DNA from: Takakia lepidozioides
Lineage: Eukaryota > Plantae > Bryophyta
DNA length: 64,000 bases
Assembly: GCA_030704615.1 (NCBI GenBank)
Contig: CM060732.1
Span: forward strand, 33,108,001-33,172,000
Direction: 5' to 3'
Shown here: piece after piece, positions 1 to 14,600 of the stretch
Numbering within the stretch: position 1 is the first letter of the stretch
Layout of the letters: each line of letters starts with the position of its first letter
Made by a program: the position numbers and the translations under genes
Notes under the pieces: generated by a model
Told to the model about the DNA's origin: nothing
What the model saw: the letters and a program-made list of their open reading frames with translations, nothing else
Databases searched by the model: none

Positions 1-193
1 TGATTTCGTATACTCTGAATCTCCAAGGTCCAAAATATGTTTCAAACCTCTAACTTCAGTTTCAAAAGCATTGCCTGGCTGGTTAACTTTCATTCAGAAA
101 CCTATCAAAGTTTGAGATCTGACAAACTGTCAAAAAACTCATGGATTAACAGTTGCAGACTGGTCATCAAACTCACAGATTCTGCAAGCATAC

Positions 194-2719
194 CTTGGGC
201 ATATAATGTCAAGACTGCCTGAATCTGGACAAACACCCCTCCAAAGTTGTATTTCTCAAACATTGTTTCAACCTGCCAACCAACAACATAACACTGTGAC
301 AACCCGAAACCCTGGTTCTGCCCGTGTACACAACACGCACCATACTAATGTGTGCCTTCAGCACAATATCACAAGTGGCAAGCTGATAGCCATGTTCAAT
401 AGCATGTAGAATAGTATGGAATGGCAGTGGTAAGCTCAGTACCATTTTTTCACGGTTTTTTGTGGGGTTCAGAGGCGGATCAGTAAGGAGAATCTTGCAC
501 TCTGGTGGGTCAACCTGCAAATGTCACCACCAACAAACAGCCATTTTGTTCATGAGCAGGGAGTACAAAAGTTGCCCTGGCCATTCCCCACTGTCTGTCT
601 TCTGCTCCATCTACACTGGATGCAGGTTCTAGGATCACACAGCTACATGAATGAGGATCTATGACTATGGACAAAAGTAGCTCTGTCATTCTTCCCTTCC
701 TCTTCTCTCCTTCTCTCCATCTCAAATCTACCAGATGCCATATTGTTTGAGTACACTAAGAAAACTTGATACTTTAAGGATGTCGTAGAAGGTGTGGTCC
801 CAGATGTGTCCCATATCCTCCCAGTTCTGGACAATCCCATTGCTTATGGGATACGTCACTTCCAGCTGCTGCCGCTGCTCCGAACATGCCTTCCCAACCA
901 CTATGTCCTGCCCACAGAACCACATGCCCTTGTTAAGAACTTCAGGTCACCTAGGGGCCTCTGATGAAGGCAAGCCATAGAACCACAGAACCAGAAAATA
1001 CTCAAAGAAAGCCTTGCACGAAGGTGGAAGAGACAGTACGAGGGATTGGAGATTTTTTCTTCTATCTAAACTCAAACCATGTAACCCGATTGTTGCTCGC
1101 CCTCTGTGGTGCACATTCTCGGCTAGTATCAAACCTGATTAACTGAACCCCACGCCCAGTTTAAGAGATTTACAATCCACAACGACTGTTTTCTTTTCAG
1201 GAATGCTGTTGAATGCAGAAAAGCTCCATGCGCATACATTTGTCTCCATTCAAATGTCTATAGCTGGATTGTAGTGGGTTGTATGTGACAATCCCAGGCT
1301 GTGTATCCCGTTCTGGGATTAATAACTCTCCTGGATGCAGTTGTGGTTTCATCAGCCAGGGTACATGCTATGACAGGATATGGTCAAAAAAGTAGAATCT
1401 CCCTGTTTTACCTTGATTTCTTGATTGCAAAGATCTTCCTCATACCGCAGCATGGGCCGCCCCACCATGCATGGGAAAACAGCTGCTGGGAAATTGTCCC
1501 CTGCAAATCCACATTTGACAAACTGCAACAACCCCCCACCCACCAAAACCAGTCCCACACTCTTCATGACAAAATGCAAGAGATAGTCCGGTTGTTAAAT
1601 CTAACATTTAAATTAATTCCTTAACATTCATGAAACTTTGCAAACTCGAAATCCTCAAAACTCAAAATGCCACTTGATACACCGCCTACAACCTCTGTTC
1701 CAACTGCTCTAAAAAAAAACCAAATAGCCCTATTTTTCCAGTTAACAAGTTATGATGTCATTTGTAAAATTTGAATCCTCCCTAATCTCATCTTGACCAA
1801 CAAAAAAGCCATGGAATTTCAGGAAAGAATAAATCAATCTGGAAAGAGCAGGTCAAGGGCAGAGGAGGAAAAGGGGGATAAAGAGAGAGCTTATGGTGAC
1901 GTTGCTCCCTCAACTAACTTGAAGGAAGAAAAATACGGGAAAGGGTGTAGAGGCCTGCTCATGGGGGTGTGTGAGAGCCGCCAAAATGAATTAGTCTTCT
2001 CTGGGGGTTGAATTATCTTCTGATCCCTCAAAGTAAGTTTGAAAATTATTGAAGTATGAATTGTAGGGATTCAACAGTGGTCAAAATGGCTAGGCAGTCA
2101 TAGACAGTGAAAGACCATGGGGATCCAGCTGCTGATTATGGAAAAGTTAGTTTCCTTCAGTGTCTTGAACAAAATTCCAATTCTGGGGAAAATTCTAATA
2201 TCGTGTTAGATACGATCCAAACACCCCAACAGCACACGTCCTGATGAAATTTTTTGTTGGCCCCTATGTCGTAAGCGTCTCAATGACTACAAGGCAAGCA
2301 TCGCTGAGCTTCCGACCAGTCCAATTCCAGGCCTGACTACGAAAACTGCAACTCGAAAGCCGGGCCGTGTTGCATTCCAACAACACAACGTGAGATAAAG
2401 AAACATCTTCCGAAGCTCCTAACAAATGAGAAAAGGAGCACGGTTTAATCCTTCCCAGATCATCCACGTGAAAAACTCCAGTAACTAAACTACCATCGTC
2501 AAAACCGCAGCTGTCCACTAGATCTCTCTCCTTCTCCCAGGACACAGCTGGGGGTCCACGCATGCTCTCACAACAGCGGTGTACCAAAACATCTAGACTC
2601 TGCTACAATCAGACACAGATCATGAAAACAATGATCCACGAACGAAAATGAGGGAGAACAGAGATGGAGCTCACCCCACTCCCATTGTCACAAACTACCA
2701 CATTGTTGGAGGAAGTCAT
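194..2719 (-). CDS. ARP2: Actin-related protein 2, first five coding exons (2675-2719, 1412-1522, 773-907, 443-514, 194-272); gene continues beyond the left edge of the window
   Basis: Spliced translation [15 protein letters not shown]|[29 protein letters not shown]..|[28 protein letters not shown]..|[24 protein letters not shown]|[27 protein letters not shown] matches plant Arp2. All junctions are GT-AG and in frame. Confidence 0.95.
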
Positions 2720-3307
2720 AATGCCAATTTCCAGCAGTACGCATTTGCAACCACCATCACTCTTCAATTCTGTGCATTTCTCTCTCAACTTCTCACTTCT
2801 CTCTCAAATTCTCATTTCTCTCTCAACTTTCTGTGTGCACTTCAAAACCCTAGAAACGTAATGAGGACGGTGGCATGCGTGTGCATCCACGATGACAAAA
2901 TGGTCTCAACGACATTCATCCAAAAAGCACCGCGGGTGGCACCCGACCCGAGGGGCTGGCCCGGCGAGGCAGCGGGTCGCCCAGCGCAGCCTTTCCTTCT
3001 CCTTCACAGAGGGCTGTCTTCCTCGGAGGGAGGAGGTGCGGGCCTTGATCGACATCCTTCCGCTCTTCTTGGATTGTTAAGCTCTGCTTGCATGCTGGTC
3101 TGCATCTGGGAGTTGGGTCTTCATCAGAAGGCACTGGCATCCGGTGAAGGCGAGTGGTTTTCTCGGCTGCGTGCAGTGTTGTGGCCACTTAGTTTCGTTC
3201 TTTCAAATACCATGGCTTTAATTTGACTCTTACCGGCGCATCCCAGAGTGCTGGGAGTTGGGTTTTTGTACTGATCAAATTAAATCTCCACATCCGTGCA
3301 AGTGCTA
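2720..3307. promoter_or_regulatory. Putative shared (bidirectional) promoter/5'UTR region between the divergent ARP2 and PABN start codons
   Basis: Only ~590 bp separate the two divergent ATGs; contains CT-rich and GC-rich segments. Function is inferred from geometry only. Confidence 0.5.
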
Positions 3308-6300
3308 ATGATGGAGGATGAACATGAGGTGTACGGGGGAGAAATTCCTGAGGAAGTGGAGGGTGACATGGAAGGAGATGTGGATGGGCACCCCGATGAA
3401 GGAAACTCCAAGGCGGATGACGTTGTTGCAGACGATGCAGCTTCTAAGGTAGTTCGTAATCGAGTGTTAGTTGTGGTTGTAACCTTTGGATGAGGAGAGC
3501 TTAGCCGGAAGTTTGTTTCACTGGATTACTCTGGCGTATTCTTGTGCAAGTCCGAAGTGAGAAAATAGAAGCGTTGCTGGAAGGAAACGACCCATAGATT
3601 TTTACGGTCTTGTTTTTTTTTTTCCCCTGGTATCGCAAATCTTGAGTCTGGGTACAAAGCCACTCCACCTGTTTGAAGGTTTGGATGACATCAAAGTAGG
3701 GCTGTTCATTATCACTTCCAGAGAATTGGGTGGAATGTCGTCCCAAATCGATATGTCGGCTAGAGGACCCTCACAGTTCCTTGGAAGCATTGACTTGTTT
3801 TCAATTTCTCGGAATCTAAATGTATAACCACAACAGGCAAGTATTACGCAGAGAGGAGCCTGAAAATGCCTTGGAAGCATTGACTTGTTTGCAATTTGAT
3901 CTAAATATAAAGGCAAGCCTTTCCATCAAGGGAAGAGTAGTGTGACTGCAGAATAACAATGGCTCTGTGTTCTCATATTGAAGCTAGGGTCCAAGGAGGG
4001 CTGGTGCCAGTTGTGTAGATTTGAAGAATCCAAATAGTAAAAGGCTGCAAGAGCTTTTAGCTGTTCTTAAAGTGTTCTAGTATATGGGGCTGATGTATTA
4101 TTGGCAGATTGGTTGGAACAGTGTTGTTGAAAAGCTGAGAGGTCTGGCCATACTGTCTGGCAATTCTTGTCTTTTCAATCTGAAAATGCTGGGGGACATC
4201 TGTACAGAGAGATCTCCAAACTGTTTTATGGTGGGTGATATTATTATGCGCATGGAATGCCGTAGTGTATTCTCAAAATGTTTGTAGGTGTCTTTGACCC
4301 AGGTGTTGCCTGGGAATGTGGTAAAGACCTATGCTTGGATCCTTCCGAAGGGTGAGCTTGTATGGTTATGAAAAGTTTGTTGGCATCAATACATGCAATG
4401 TGGTGTAATGGAGTGCACATGCTGCCCTAAGTGGTTCTGTGTTTTAATCCACAATATGGGAAGTTTTGAGGGCGATTGGGGTATGCTGGATTCTTAAACT
4501 ATACTATGCTAGATAGGTTTGAGATAATGGAATAAAGGCTTACTGGTTTTTATAGCGCATTAATTCTTGTGTCAGCACATGTTGTATGTATTTGGTGGCT
4601 AGGAGTTAGAAGAGATGAAAAAGCGTTTAAAGGAGATGGAAGAAGAAGCTGCCGCACTGCGCGACATGCAAGCTAAGGTGGAGAAAGAAATGAGTGCTGT
4701 ACAAGGTGTGTCTTGCCAGCCTGGGCTCAAACTTGTTGAGTCAGAGCAGTGGCTTGCAGTTTGTCTGATGGACCCTTCAAGATCCCACATTGTATTTTCT
4801 GATCAGGAAATCTTACTTGACCGTATACTTCTTTGTAGGCTCTGACTTAAGTTAAGCAGAACACTTGTCCTAACAATTGACTATAGTGTGGCTTTAGAGA
4901 TGATTTGTGGTCTTTCCTAACCACATTAGGGTGGTCTCTATGATATGCTGGCATATGGAAGTGAGTCTGAGTCTCTACCAACAGTTCATTTTAGTTGGTC
5001 TGTCATGGAGATATTTCAGATTGGGTTTTGTTAACTGAAGGCTTTTGTGGACAGCTCTAGAGAGGCAGTAGTGTATGTGGCCACTCTCTCTCTCTCTCTC
5101 CGTTCAGAAGAGAATTTTCTGTGAAAGATTCAGATGGTGAGGGTGAACACTGGATATGAAGTGGCTGGACCTTGTCCCATACAGATCCAGCAAGTGCAGC
5201 AGCATTGCAAGCAAATAGAGATGAGGCAGATTCACGTTCCGTTTTTGTTGGCAATGTAAGGTCTTCACTATCACAGCTTTTAACTTAGGGTTTTTCCACT
5301 AGTTTGTTTCGGTTGTCTGATTAACGATTTGCGTTTAGTTAGAATGAAAAGCTGCTTCCAATAATAGTGAGACCTGGTAGCATAAGGTTGTTTGAAGTCT
5401 TGAACACACCTCTCTTGACCTTGCTCAGCTCTTGAATGTTGTGTTAACTTGAAATTACTGCGGTGGACTCGTCTCTGCTTACTTGCACGGTTGTTCCAGA
5501 TACCATCTTCCCCTTCTATCATTAGGGTTGAAGGAAGTTTCACACTGACCTTGACTATCATATTTTTGCACTAGAAAGGTTATTTTCCAATTTCCTGAAG
5601 AAAATTCCCTCTATTGGAGATTCTATGCAGCCTGGAAGATGTAGACAAGTAGTCATTCCGAGTTTGGTTTGTCTGTGGTAAGGTATTACTGGGAATGTGA
5701 GTCTGGACTCGATCATTAAGCGTCTGTCTGAAGAAATTTCTTGGGACTTTCCAGGTGGATTACTCTTGTACTCCTGAAGAAGTGCAACAGCATTTTCAGT
5801 CATGTGGAACAGTTAATCGAGTCACAATTCTCACGGACAAGTTTGGACAGCCTAAGGGGTTAGTGTTAAACCCCTCATCAATGTCTTCACATCCATTTGA
5901 CTTCATGTTAGGTATTTGAGTGTAAGGAGGTAAGAGTAATCAACATATGATGATTAAAGTTGCTGTCTTTTTTTGTATGTGTAGAATCTTCAACATTGTA
6001 CAGATTCTGTTGCCATAGTGTTGGTGGCAGTGGGTTGAAGTGCCAAGGCACAGCCGTGTCAAGCTTAATTGCAATCAAACTTTTTTCGGCTGCAGCCATT
6101 GACTTTGCAAACGCAACTGACACACTGGTGGCCATTTCAGTTATGCATATGTGGAGTTTTTGGAGGTTGAGGCAGTGCAAAATGCGATATTGCTTAGCGA
6201 GTCAGAGTTACATGGTCGCCAACTCAAGGTTTCCCACATTCCTATACATCTGTCAAGCTCCCATTTCCTGCTGGTCTAGAGAGTGAACACATATGAAGGC

Positions 6301-7258
6301 GTATGCTTCACTTGGCTGGCCTCACCAAGTGGGCAGCATGCAAATGTGACAGCAGTTGTATGTGTTCTACCCTAACTGGTTGCTTGAACGGCTCAAGAGT
6401 GAGTAATGCCAGGGTATGGGTAGTCCTTGCCTATGGTGCACTTGAACCAGTTGTATCCCTCTGTCTGTCAACATCAGATCGTTTCTGTGCTGTGTGTGCG
6501 TCAACCCACGCATTTGTTCCACCAGCCCTCTCATATCGTCTCGGTTGCGACAATGTTGCACAATGTGGTTTATAACAGATCACAACATCGTGGTCTGTTG
6601 CACAATGTGTGGTTGCAACAATCAGACAAAATTGGGAGTGGATCAATTTTGGGTAGTGGACAGCAACTCTGAAGGGTAGCGGTCGGGTTGGTTAGCTGAC
6701 AAGTCTCTCTGTGGAGACATGGTTGCAGGTGACCTTAAAGAGGACTAATGTGCCAGGAATGAAGGCATTTCGAGGCCGCCGATTCAACCCTTATTATGGG
6801 TACCGCCCCAGGAGGCCTTACCTGCCTCCCTATGGGTATGCTCCCTATGGTTATGGGTGGGTATCCACAAGGAATTTCCTTTCTGACTCATGTGGTGTGC
6901 ATATTTCATAGCAGAGTTTAATCTTTGTTGTTTGTGGTGCAGGCTAACTTCATAGTAGTGTCTACAGCTTGCACGGATGATTATGTTGGCTACAAATGTC
7001 TAGTTTTTTATGCTAGAAGTTTTTCGGATGCCTGCAACTGTGTATTTTTTCACTTCTTACTTTGCTGTAGAACATCTGTAAGGACCTCAACTGCCTTCTA
7101 TGGATTAGACTAAAGAGCTCTGAGTTAAATGCTTTAGTTGCCACGAAGGTTCGGAAGACTGATGGATTAATCTCATAAAACTGATACCTATTGGATGAAA
7201 CCATGTCAGGAAGGCGGCTATGTTCAGGCGACCTATGCGCTACAGGCCCTACTATTAG
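3308..7258 (+). CDS. PABN: Nuclear polyadenylate-binding protein (PABPN1/PABN-like, single RRM), copy 1; exons 3308-3448, 4603-4705, 5185-5255, 5755-5858, 6141-6228, 6729-6856, 7210-7258
   Basis: [14 protein letters not shown].. / [30 protein letters not shown] / [48 protein letters not shown] / [23 protein letters not shown] junctions keep the frame. Confidence 0.95.
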
Positions 7259-8236
7259 GCAACAAGTTTTGTGGTGGTAGATTCTGGCTACTGGGGAATA
7301 GCAGCAGCAGTAGTCCGGCTAAGTGCAAACTGTTGAGGACCCGCTCTTCGGGTGGATGGTTGATTTGGGATTTGATGTTGAGGCCGTGTGCGTCACCCCC
7401 GCTTGTGTTTACCCTCTATTTCTGTGTGCTTTGGACAGCCTTACATCATTGTGGTTGCTTCCTGGACTGTATGTTGGGAATAGTTACACCTGAGGATGAC
7501 ACTGGCAAAGTAGTGCAGGGGAAGACAGATCCCAGACAGGAAGGGTTGGTAGTGCCTTTGCGAGGACGATAATTGTCATTGCATTTTACTGGTTCGAACT
7601 TTGCATAGGTGTAGTTTACCTCGTTGTCTTCGAAACACTTGTAAGCTAAGCCTTTTTCAAGTGGCACGTCCGCCAGTGGATTATGACTCATCCATTTGTG
7701 TCCTATTAGCAGCAGCTGAACTTGTGTTTTAAACTCATGGGCATTGGTAGTGAATGTGCAGTACACATGCCACGTGTCAATGTAAAAGTTTTGTAAAGTG
7801 ACCTTTCAGACCATTTCTACAGTGTCACTTGCGGAACTCTGGGACTCACAATTTACAGCTATAACTGTCCATACCCATGTCCACTCGTCATGTTAAAGAT
7901 TGGAATTGATATGTGCAACTCTCCCTTCCCATGATGGTTGCTTTACTGAGCTTTGATCTGATGCAATGAAGTTTAGGAGATTTGTGCTTTTCAAGTTGAG
8001 ACCCCCCTCCAAGCCCTAGCAAGTGCTCATTAAGGGCAGACACCCAAGATATAACCTGAGTGTCAGATCAGACAAAAACAGTTTTTGTGCACCCAAGATA
8101 TAACCAGAATGTCAAATACAAATATATTTTTAGTGTACAAAGTGCTTTGTCATTGATCATAAACCCAAAGCTTATATTGTGCAACCAGAGTACCTGACTG
8201 CTTGACACAGTCCTAGTGGATATATGTAGTATATAC

Positions 8237-8743
8237 CAGTGTTGGTCTGGTATATAGGTGAAGGACTGGTATAAAATACTGGTATATGCACTGGTATTAG
8301 ATACCAGACCAAGTCTGGTATCATTTGGGAGAATACTGGGTCATATACCAGACCAGGCTGGTATCAGTTTTTTCATACCAGCCTCAATACCAGTACTTCC
8401 CCGCCGTCTTCCTCATTTACTCTGGTATGTATACTATATTAATTTATGTGTATATATGCCTACATACTTGTACTTATGTATGTTTAGTTCTTTATTTATA
8501 TTGTATTTGTTTTCACTTGATACTTGCTAGTGATAAACTTGTAATTCAAGATGGCTTTGGAATGATACCAGAATTGATATCTCGTACCAGCTGATATTGT
8601 GGTCATGATACTCATACTCATACCAGTATGTAGAGAATTATACATCCACCATTATATAGACCAGACTGGTATAATTTTTTTGTGATACGTCTGGTACCAG
8701 GACCAGTCTGGTATGTCCTAACACTGATACCAGAACAACACTG
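8237..8743. mobile_element. hAT-type MITE (507 bp)
   Basis: TIRs CAGTGTTGGTCTGGTAT / ATACCAGAACAACACTG; 8-bp TSD GTATATAC at 8229-8236 and 8744-8751; many internal CTGGTAT/ATACCAG subterminal motifs. Confidence 0.85.
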
Positions 8744-9194
8744 GTATATACCAGTGTGAGAGCCTAGTAAACTCATTGAGAACTCTCTGATGGTTACTGG
8801 CCCCTCTTGCCCGTAAAGTGCAACTAGTCCAGCAAGGTGCCCATTCTTTTTTCTTTTTCTTTTTTTGAAAATTTTATTGAAATTATTGGAAGGGAAAAAA
8901 TTAAAACCCTTGATCGCCTGAGGGCTGCCATAAGGCATGTTCGCATGGTTAACCATGCCGGATATCTTGAGAACTGTAGCGAGCCATTACCTAAACCAGG
9001 TCCTAAACCAGGTATGGAAGGGTGAACGCCCCCCCATAGCGAAACGTTACCAGGCTCAATTATGTGGCAGTATCGGCCTTCCAAACCCCACTGCCGATTC
9101 AGCAACGTAATCTGCCAGGATGGCAGATTCTGCACGTATAGGCATACGGATTCGTATGTGCACCGAATATGCAGCCCCGTATGGTAACGCCAGG

Positions 9195-9296
9195 GAGCGG
9201 GCCGGGTGTGCCGATTCTGGCATGCCGCTCGGCCCCGGGCTCGCCCTTAGGGCCTGGCGGGATGCCAGAATCGGCAGACCGCGGCCCGCTCTCTAG
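9195..9296 (+). other. ~100-bp GC-rich hairpin ending in CTAG|T; possible Helitron-like 3' terminus
   Basis: GAGCGGGCCG..TGCCGATTCTGGCAT ... ATGCCAGAATCGGCA..CGGCCCGCTC, then TCTAG-T. The 5' end was not identified. Confidence 0.4.
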
Positions 9297-9569
9297 TACA
9301 ATATCATGTAAGTGGGATGACTGATAAACAAATACTAGAGCCGGCAGACAGAAATCTGCCTATGGACTGTGTCCACCCTACCACAGAGGAACACGGTAGG
9401 CCGTAACGGCAATAGAACTCGGGTGGTCGTGAGAACACGAAACGGGAGCGGAACGGAAGGACGGAGAACCCTGGAAAGACGAAGTCAGGGAGGGAGGAGG
9501 GAAGGGGAGAAAGGGGGGAGAGTAGCAGAGAGAGGGAAGATCAATACGAAGCTGACGGAGAAAGAAGCC

Positions 9570-10620
9570 TATCTATGAAAATGGAGCCTTGTTCCTGAGG
9601 AAGGCCTGATGTGCCTCCAATTAATATCAGATCTGTCGAACTCCGGGGAGGCAGAAGAGCCTGGCTCTGTGTCCCTGCCAACACTCTGGAATTCTGTCCG
9701 CCCAAACATAGGAGAGATCATCAGTGCAGCTACAAAGGATCCCACACTTCCCCCACGTTGCTCGGAAGGTATGGAGGAGGCCAGGCTTGCGCTCAGGCTT
9801 CTTGGTGACCTCTGCACACAATAACGCCCAAGTTTTGTTAGCTGCCACTGTAAGATAAAAAAAGACCATAGTCAGGAGAGCAGTAGGGGATGTATACTTG
9901 AGGGTCCAATCACACCTGCCTTTCCAGATGTTCCACAGAGTGGAAATTCTAAGGGTCTCAAAAACTGGACAATCATAGGCTTTGTTTTTGCTCCCTTGAT
10001 CATAGTTGAGAAGGATGACCAACGAGGTAGAGGGCCTTAGGCTCCATGATCTGTAGAAATCTCTCACCAGCGGCCAGATAGCCTGAGGGGCTGAACAGTA
10101 AAGGAGACAGTGCTCAATTGACTCGATGGTTCCAATGAAGCAACATTGGCAAAGCAGAGCCTCCCTGAAGTTTAAATACTGACCAACCTTTAAGACCCCG
10201 TTGGCTATCTGCCAGAGAAATGTGCTGAGCTTGGCAGGCTTGGACTTGTCCCATATCTGAGACCAGATAATTGCCCAGTTCCACTACAACACACCCTGGT
10301 TCTTTCCACTATGGGTGTTTCACTAACCTCTTTGACTACTGTCACTTCTCACTACTGTTAGCACTATGTACTATTTGTACTAGTATTCTCATCTCTGAAA
10401 CTCTCATGAGCCCATCTATCATTCCATTTAGCTAGAAGCGGGGTAGCATTCAGGAGAGCTCTATAACCTTTTTTGGCAGAGTAAGAGAAGAAGGGAAAAG
10501 CCTATTACCAAAGGCCCATTTCCATTCAGCCGGGTCTAGTTGCAGGGAAGAGATGTCGGAGCCTCCAATGAGAACAAACATGTTCTACTGAAGCCAAGGT
10601 AGAGGCCCATTCTGAAACAC
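9570..10620 (-). mobile_element. Degenerate L1-type LINE 3' fragment (zf-RVT and C-terminal region)
   Basis: Minus strand reads WSQIWDKSKPAKLSTFLWQIANGVLKVG..CQCC..ESIEHCLLYCS..AIW and ISTLWNIWKGRC. Boundaries are approximate. Confidence 0.8.
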
Positions 10621-11681
10621 AGAAAATTCTGGGGGATGTGGTGTATTATTGACCAAGATTTGTTGTTTCTTTTCCTTGTCATTTTGTCCTGATGGCTTTG
10701 GTTTTATCTCATTTGCTCGACTCTAGCTGCTCTAGCTAGGAGGTGGCTATCTTTTAGTCTTCCACTTACTGTTATGAAATCAGGAACCCATAAAGTGCAC
10801 CACCCAAATGGGCATTTTGAAGATAAAGTGAGTTTGAGTGTTCAACATGTTAGTATTGAACCATTTTATTTGTGTTATTGGAAGAACAGATGGGATGGAT
10901 GCTATGACAGAATGAAGTTTGTAGCCATGACTGGGGTGTCTCAGGCAGTTCCAGAACTGAAGTTCTTAGAATGGTCTGAAAGGCAACTTTACAAACTTTT
11001 ACAATGAGTTCTTGACAAGTTGGCTGCACATTCACTAACTTCCTTGTATTCTGATGAACAATTGTTGAAGATTTTAGGAACAACAATATAACAAGCTGCA
11101 CTCTTAACTCGAAATACAGTCACAAGCAGCACCAAGCAACAAGTTGATGGAATTACGAAGCTCGAGGCCCTTGTCAATGAAGCAAGTCTACTAAAAGACT
11201 CAAATGATTGAGAGTCATAGTCCACTGACAGTAATGATCTGATCTTGACAATGACGTGCCTTGCAGGTATTTCTACGACAACGAAGGACAGTTACCAATT
11301 CAAAATTCATATGCTTCTAGAAACACTAGCAATTCTGTCATTAGTGCAAAGGCACTGCCCACTCTTCTCTCAGACATTGCTTACCGTGTGCTTGTGTGGA
11401 GCCACGGTGTACTACTTTGCCAGTGGCACCCTTGGGTGTAACTCTTGCTAGCATACAAGGGGAACAGGTGTCACACCAACCACAACGTTCAAGGGTGCCC
11501 AAAGCACACAGAATAAGAGGGTAAACACAGGCAGGGTGATGCATGCAGCCTCAACATCACATCCCAAATCAACCATCCATCAGAAGAGCGGGTCCTCAAT
11601 TACAAATTGCAATTAGCCGGACTACTGCTGCTACTACCCCTCATTAGCCAGAATCTAGAACCACCACCACAAAATTGCTGC

Positions 11682-14600
11682 CTAATAATAGGGCCTGTAG
11701 CGCATAGGTCTCCTGAACATTGCCGCCTTCCTGGCATGCATTCACCCAATAGATATCAGTTTTGTGAGACTAAACCATCAGTCTTTTAACCTCAACATTT
11801 TAGGTGGCAAGCAAAGCATTTATTGATCTCCCTAGTCTAATGCATAAAAAGCAGTTCAGGCTCTGACAGATGTTCTCCAGTAAGATAAGAAGTGCAAAAG
11901 CACGCCACAGGCTCCCTGAAAAGCAGATAGCAAAACACTAGACATCCATAGCCCATATGATCATCCTTGCAAGCTGTAGACACTACTATGAAGTTAGTCT
12001 TCACCACAAACAACAAAGATTAAACTCTACTATGAAATATGCACACCACATGAGTTAGAATGGAAATCCATTGTGGATACCCACCCATAACCATCCGGAG
12101 CATACCCATAGGGAGGCAGGTAGGGCCTCCTGGGGCGGTACCCATAATAAGGGTTGAATCGGCGGCCTCGAAATGCCTTCATTCCTGGCACATTAGTCCT
12201 CTTTGAGGTCACCTGCAACCATGTCTCCACACAAAGCCTTGTCAGTTAACCCCGTCGGTGCCCTTCACAATTGCCGTCCACAACCCAAAACCAATCCACT
12301 CCAATGATCCAGTGGCCTAACAGGAAAATGGTTTGGTCTTGACAGAAGGAGAGTTTACAGCCAGTGAGTGCAGTCTGGGTAAGAACTACCCTGGCAGTCC
12401 CCAATCTATCTGTACAAAATGAGCCGGTCAAGCAACAGAATTCACACGACTTTCATCGCACTCTACCCACTTGGTGTGTCCAGCCACATAATATATAGGT
12501 GACCTTCACATGTGTTCACTCTATAGACACGCAAGAAATGGTAGTTTGACGGATGCATTGGAATGTGGAAACCTTGAGTTGTCGACCATGTAACTCTGAC
12601 TCGCTAAGCAATATGGCATTTTGCACTGCCTCAACCTCCAAAAATTCCACATAGGCATAGCTGAAATAGCCACCCAATATCAGTGTGTCAGTTACCGATT
12701 TGCGAATTGGAACTTCACTACAGCTGCAGCCGCAAAAGTTTGGTTGCAATTGTTTGCTGCCAAAGCCCCAAGGTACCCAATTTGCGGAGCCACTAGGCCC
12801 AGCCACAGCAGGTAGGGTGAGCTCAATACAGCTAGGGCGACCACACTCCTTTGGCACTTCAATCTACTGTCATCAACACTATGGCTAGAGAGGTATAACC
12901 ACTGGGCTACCTGTTCCATGATGAACATTCTACAATGAATAACCACAGCAACTTCATTACTCTTACCTCCTTACACATATGCCACTGCAAATACCAATCA
13001 TGAATGTGAAGACATTGATGAGGGGTTTAAACACTAACCCCTTTGGCTGTCCAAACTTGTCTGTGAGAATTGTGACTCGATTTACTGTTCCACATGACTG
13101 GAAATGCTGTTGCACTTCTTCAGGAGTACAAGAGTAATCCACCTGGAAAGTCCCAAGAAATTTCTTCAGAAAGACTCTTAACGACAGCAGTCCAAACCCA
13201 CATTCCCAGTAATACCGTACAACAGACAAACTAGACTCAAATGACGACTTCAAGGTTGTCTACATCCTCCAGGTGCACAGGATCTCCAATACTGGCAATG
13301 TTCTGTTCCCTCACTGATAGAAGTGGAAAAATGCTATCTGGAACAACCCACAATCCACTGCACGAATGTCAAAAAATCAACACAGCATGGAAGAGGCGAG
13401 CAAGATTGATAGGGTTTGTTCAAGACCTCAAACAACTATGGTCACATTATTATCGAAAACGGTTTGATTAAATTGATCCCAACTAAATGCAACTCATTAA
13501 TCAGGTAACTAAAACAAACAAGCGGAAAATCCCAAGTTAAAAGGTGTGATAGTGAAGGGCTTACATTGCCAACAAAAACAGAGCGTGAGTCTGCCTCATC
13601 TCTATTTGCTTGCAATGCTGCTGCACTTGCTGGATCTGCATGGGCCAAGGTACAACCTCTTCATATCTCGTGTTCACCCTCACCCTCCGAATCCTTCACA
13701 ACAAACCACTTCTGAAAGGAGGGAGAAAGAGAACAGTTCTATACACTCCTGCCCAACCACAGATCTGCACCCACCTGTCACTGTGTGCCTCTACAGCTGT
13801 CCACAAAGGCCTTCATTGGAAAAATCCAACCTAAAATATCTCCATGACAGACCACTTAAAATGAACTGTTTGTAAAGGCTCGTGTCCATTTGATAGAAAC
13901 TCATAGGGACCACGCTAACGTGGACCCTTGTTAGGAAAGGTCATAAATCATCTCTGAAGGCACCCCGTAATCAACTGTTAGGACGCAAGTGTTTAGCGGA
14001 TCCAAGCCAAAGCCTACAGAGAAGTAAACATGCAAGTAAAATTTCCTGATGCTAGAAAAAACAATGTGGACACTTGAAGGGTCAATCAGATAAACTGCTT
14101 GCCACTATTCTGGCTTCAACGAGTTTGAGCTAAGGCTGGCAAGACACACCTTGAACAGCACTCATTTCTTTCTCCACTTTAGCTTGCATGTCACGAAGTG
14201 CAGCAGCTTCTTCTTCCATCTCCTTTAAACGCTTTTTCATCTCTTCTAACTCCTAAACAACCAAATATATAAACAGGTACTTACCATAAGAAGAAGTACC
14301 CTCTAAATCCAGAAGTATATCCACCCTTTGTACATCTCTCCCTAATTCTAACCCATCTAGTAGAGTATAATTTAAGCATCCAGAATACCCTGACCACCCT
14401 AAAACTTCCCATGTCAGAGATCCAAACACAGAAACACCCTCAGCTTTGAACAACACACATGCAACCAATTATTTGTCCAATAATCCATCAGCCCATATGC
14501 TAGAAGATTTGAAGTGGAAAGCTCTCCCAGCATTTACCAAATTGGAATCTCCCGGTCTCCAGAACTGCCATCAGACATCCCCAAACCAAAACTAGCACCT

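Noticed and set aside
2264-3226. ORFs of 107 and 192 aa near the ARP2 5' end
   Set aside because: They overlap ARP2 intron 1/exon 1 and the promoter, and show no recognisable motifs.
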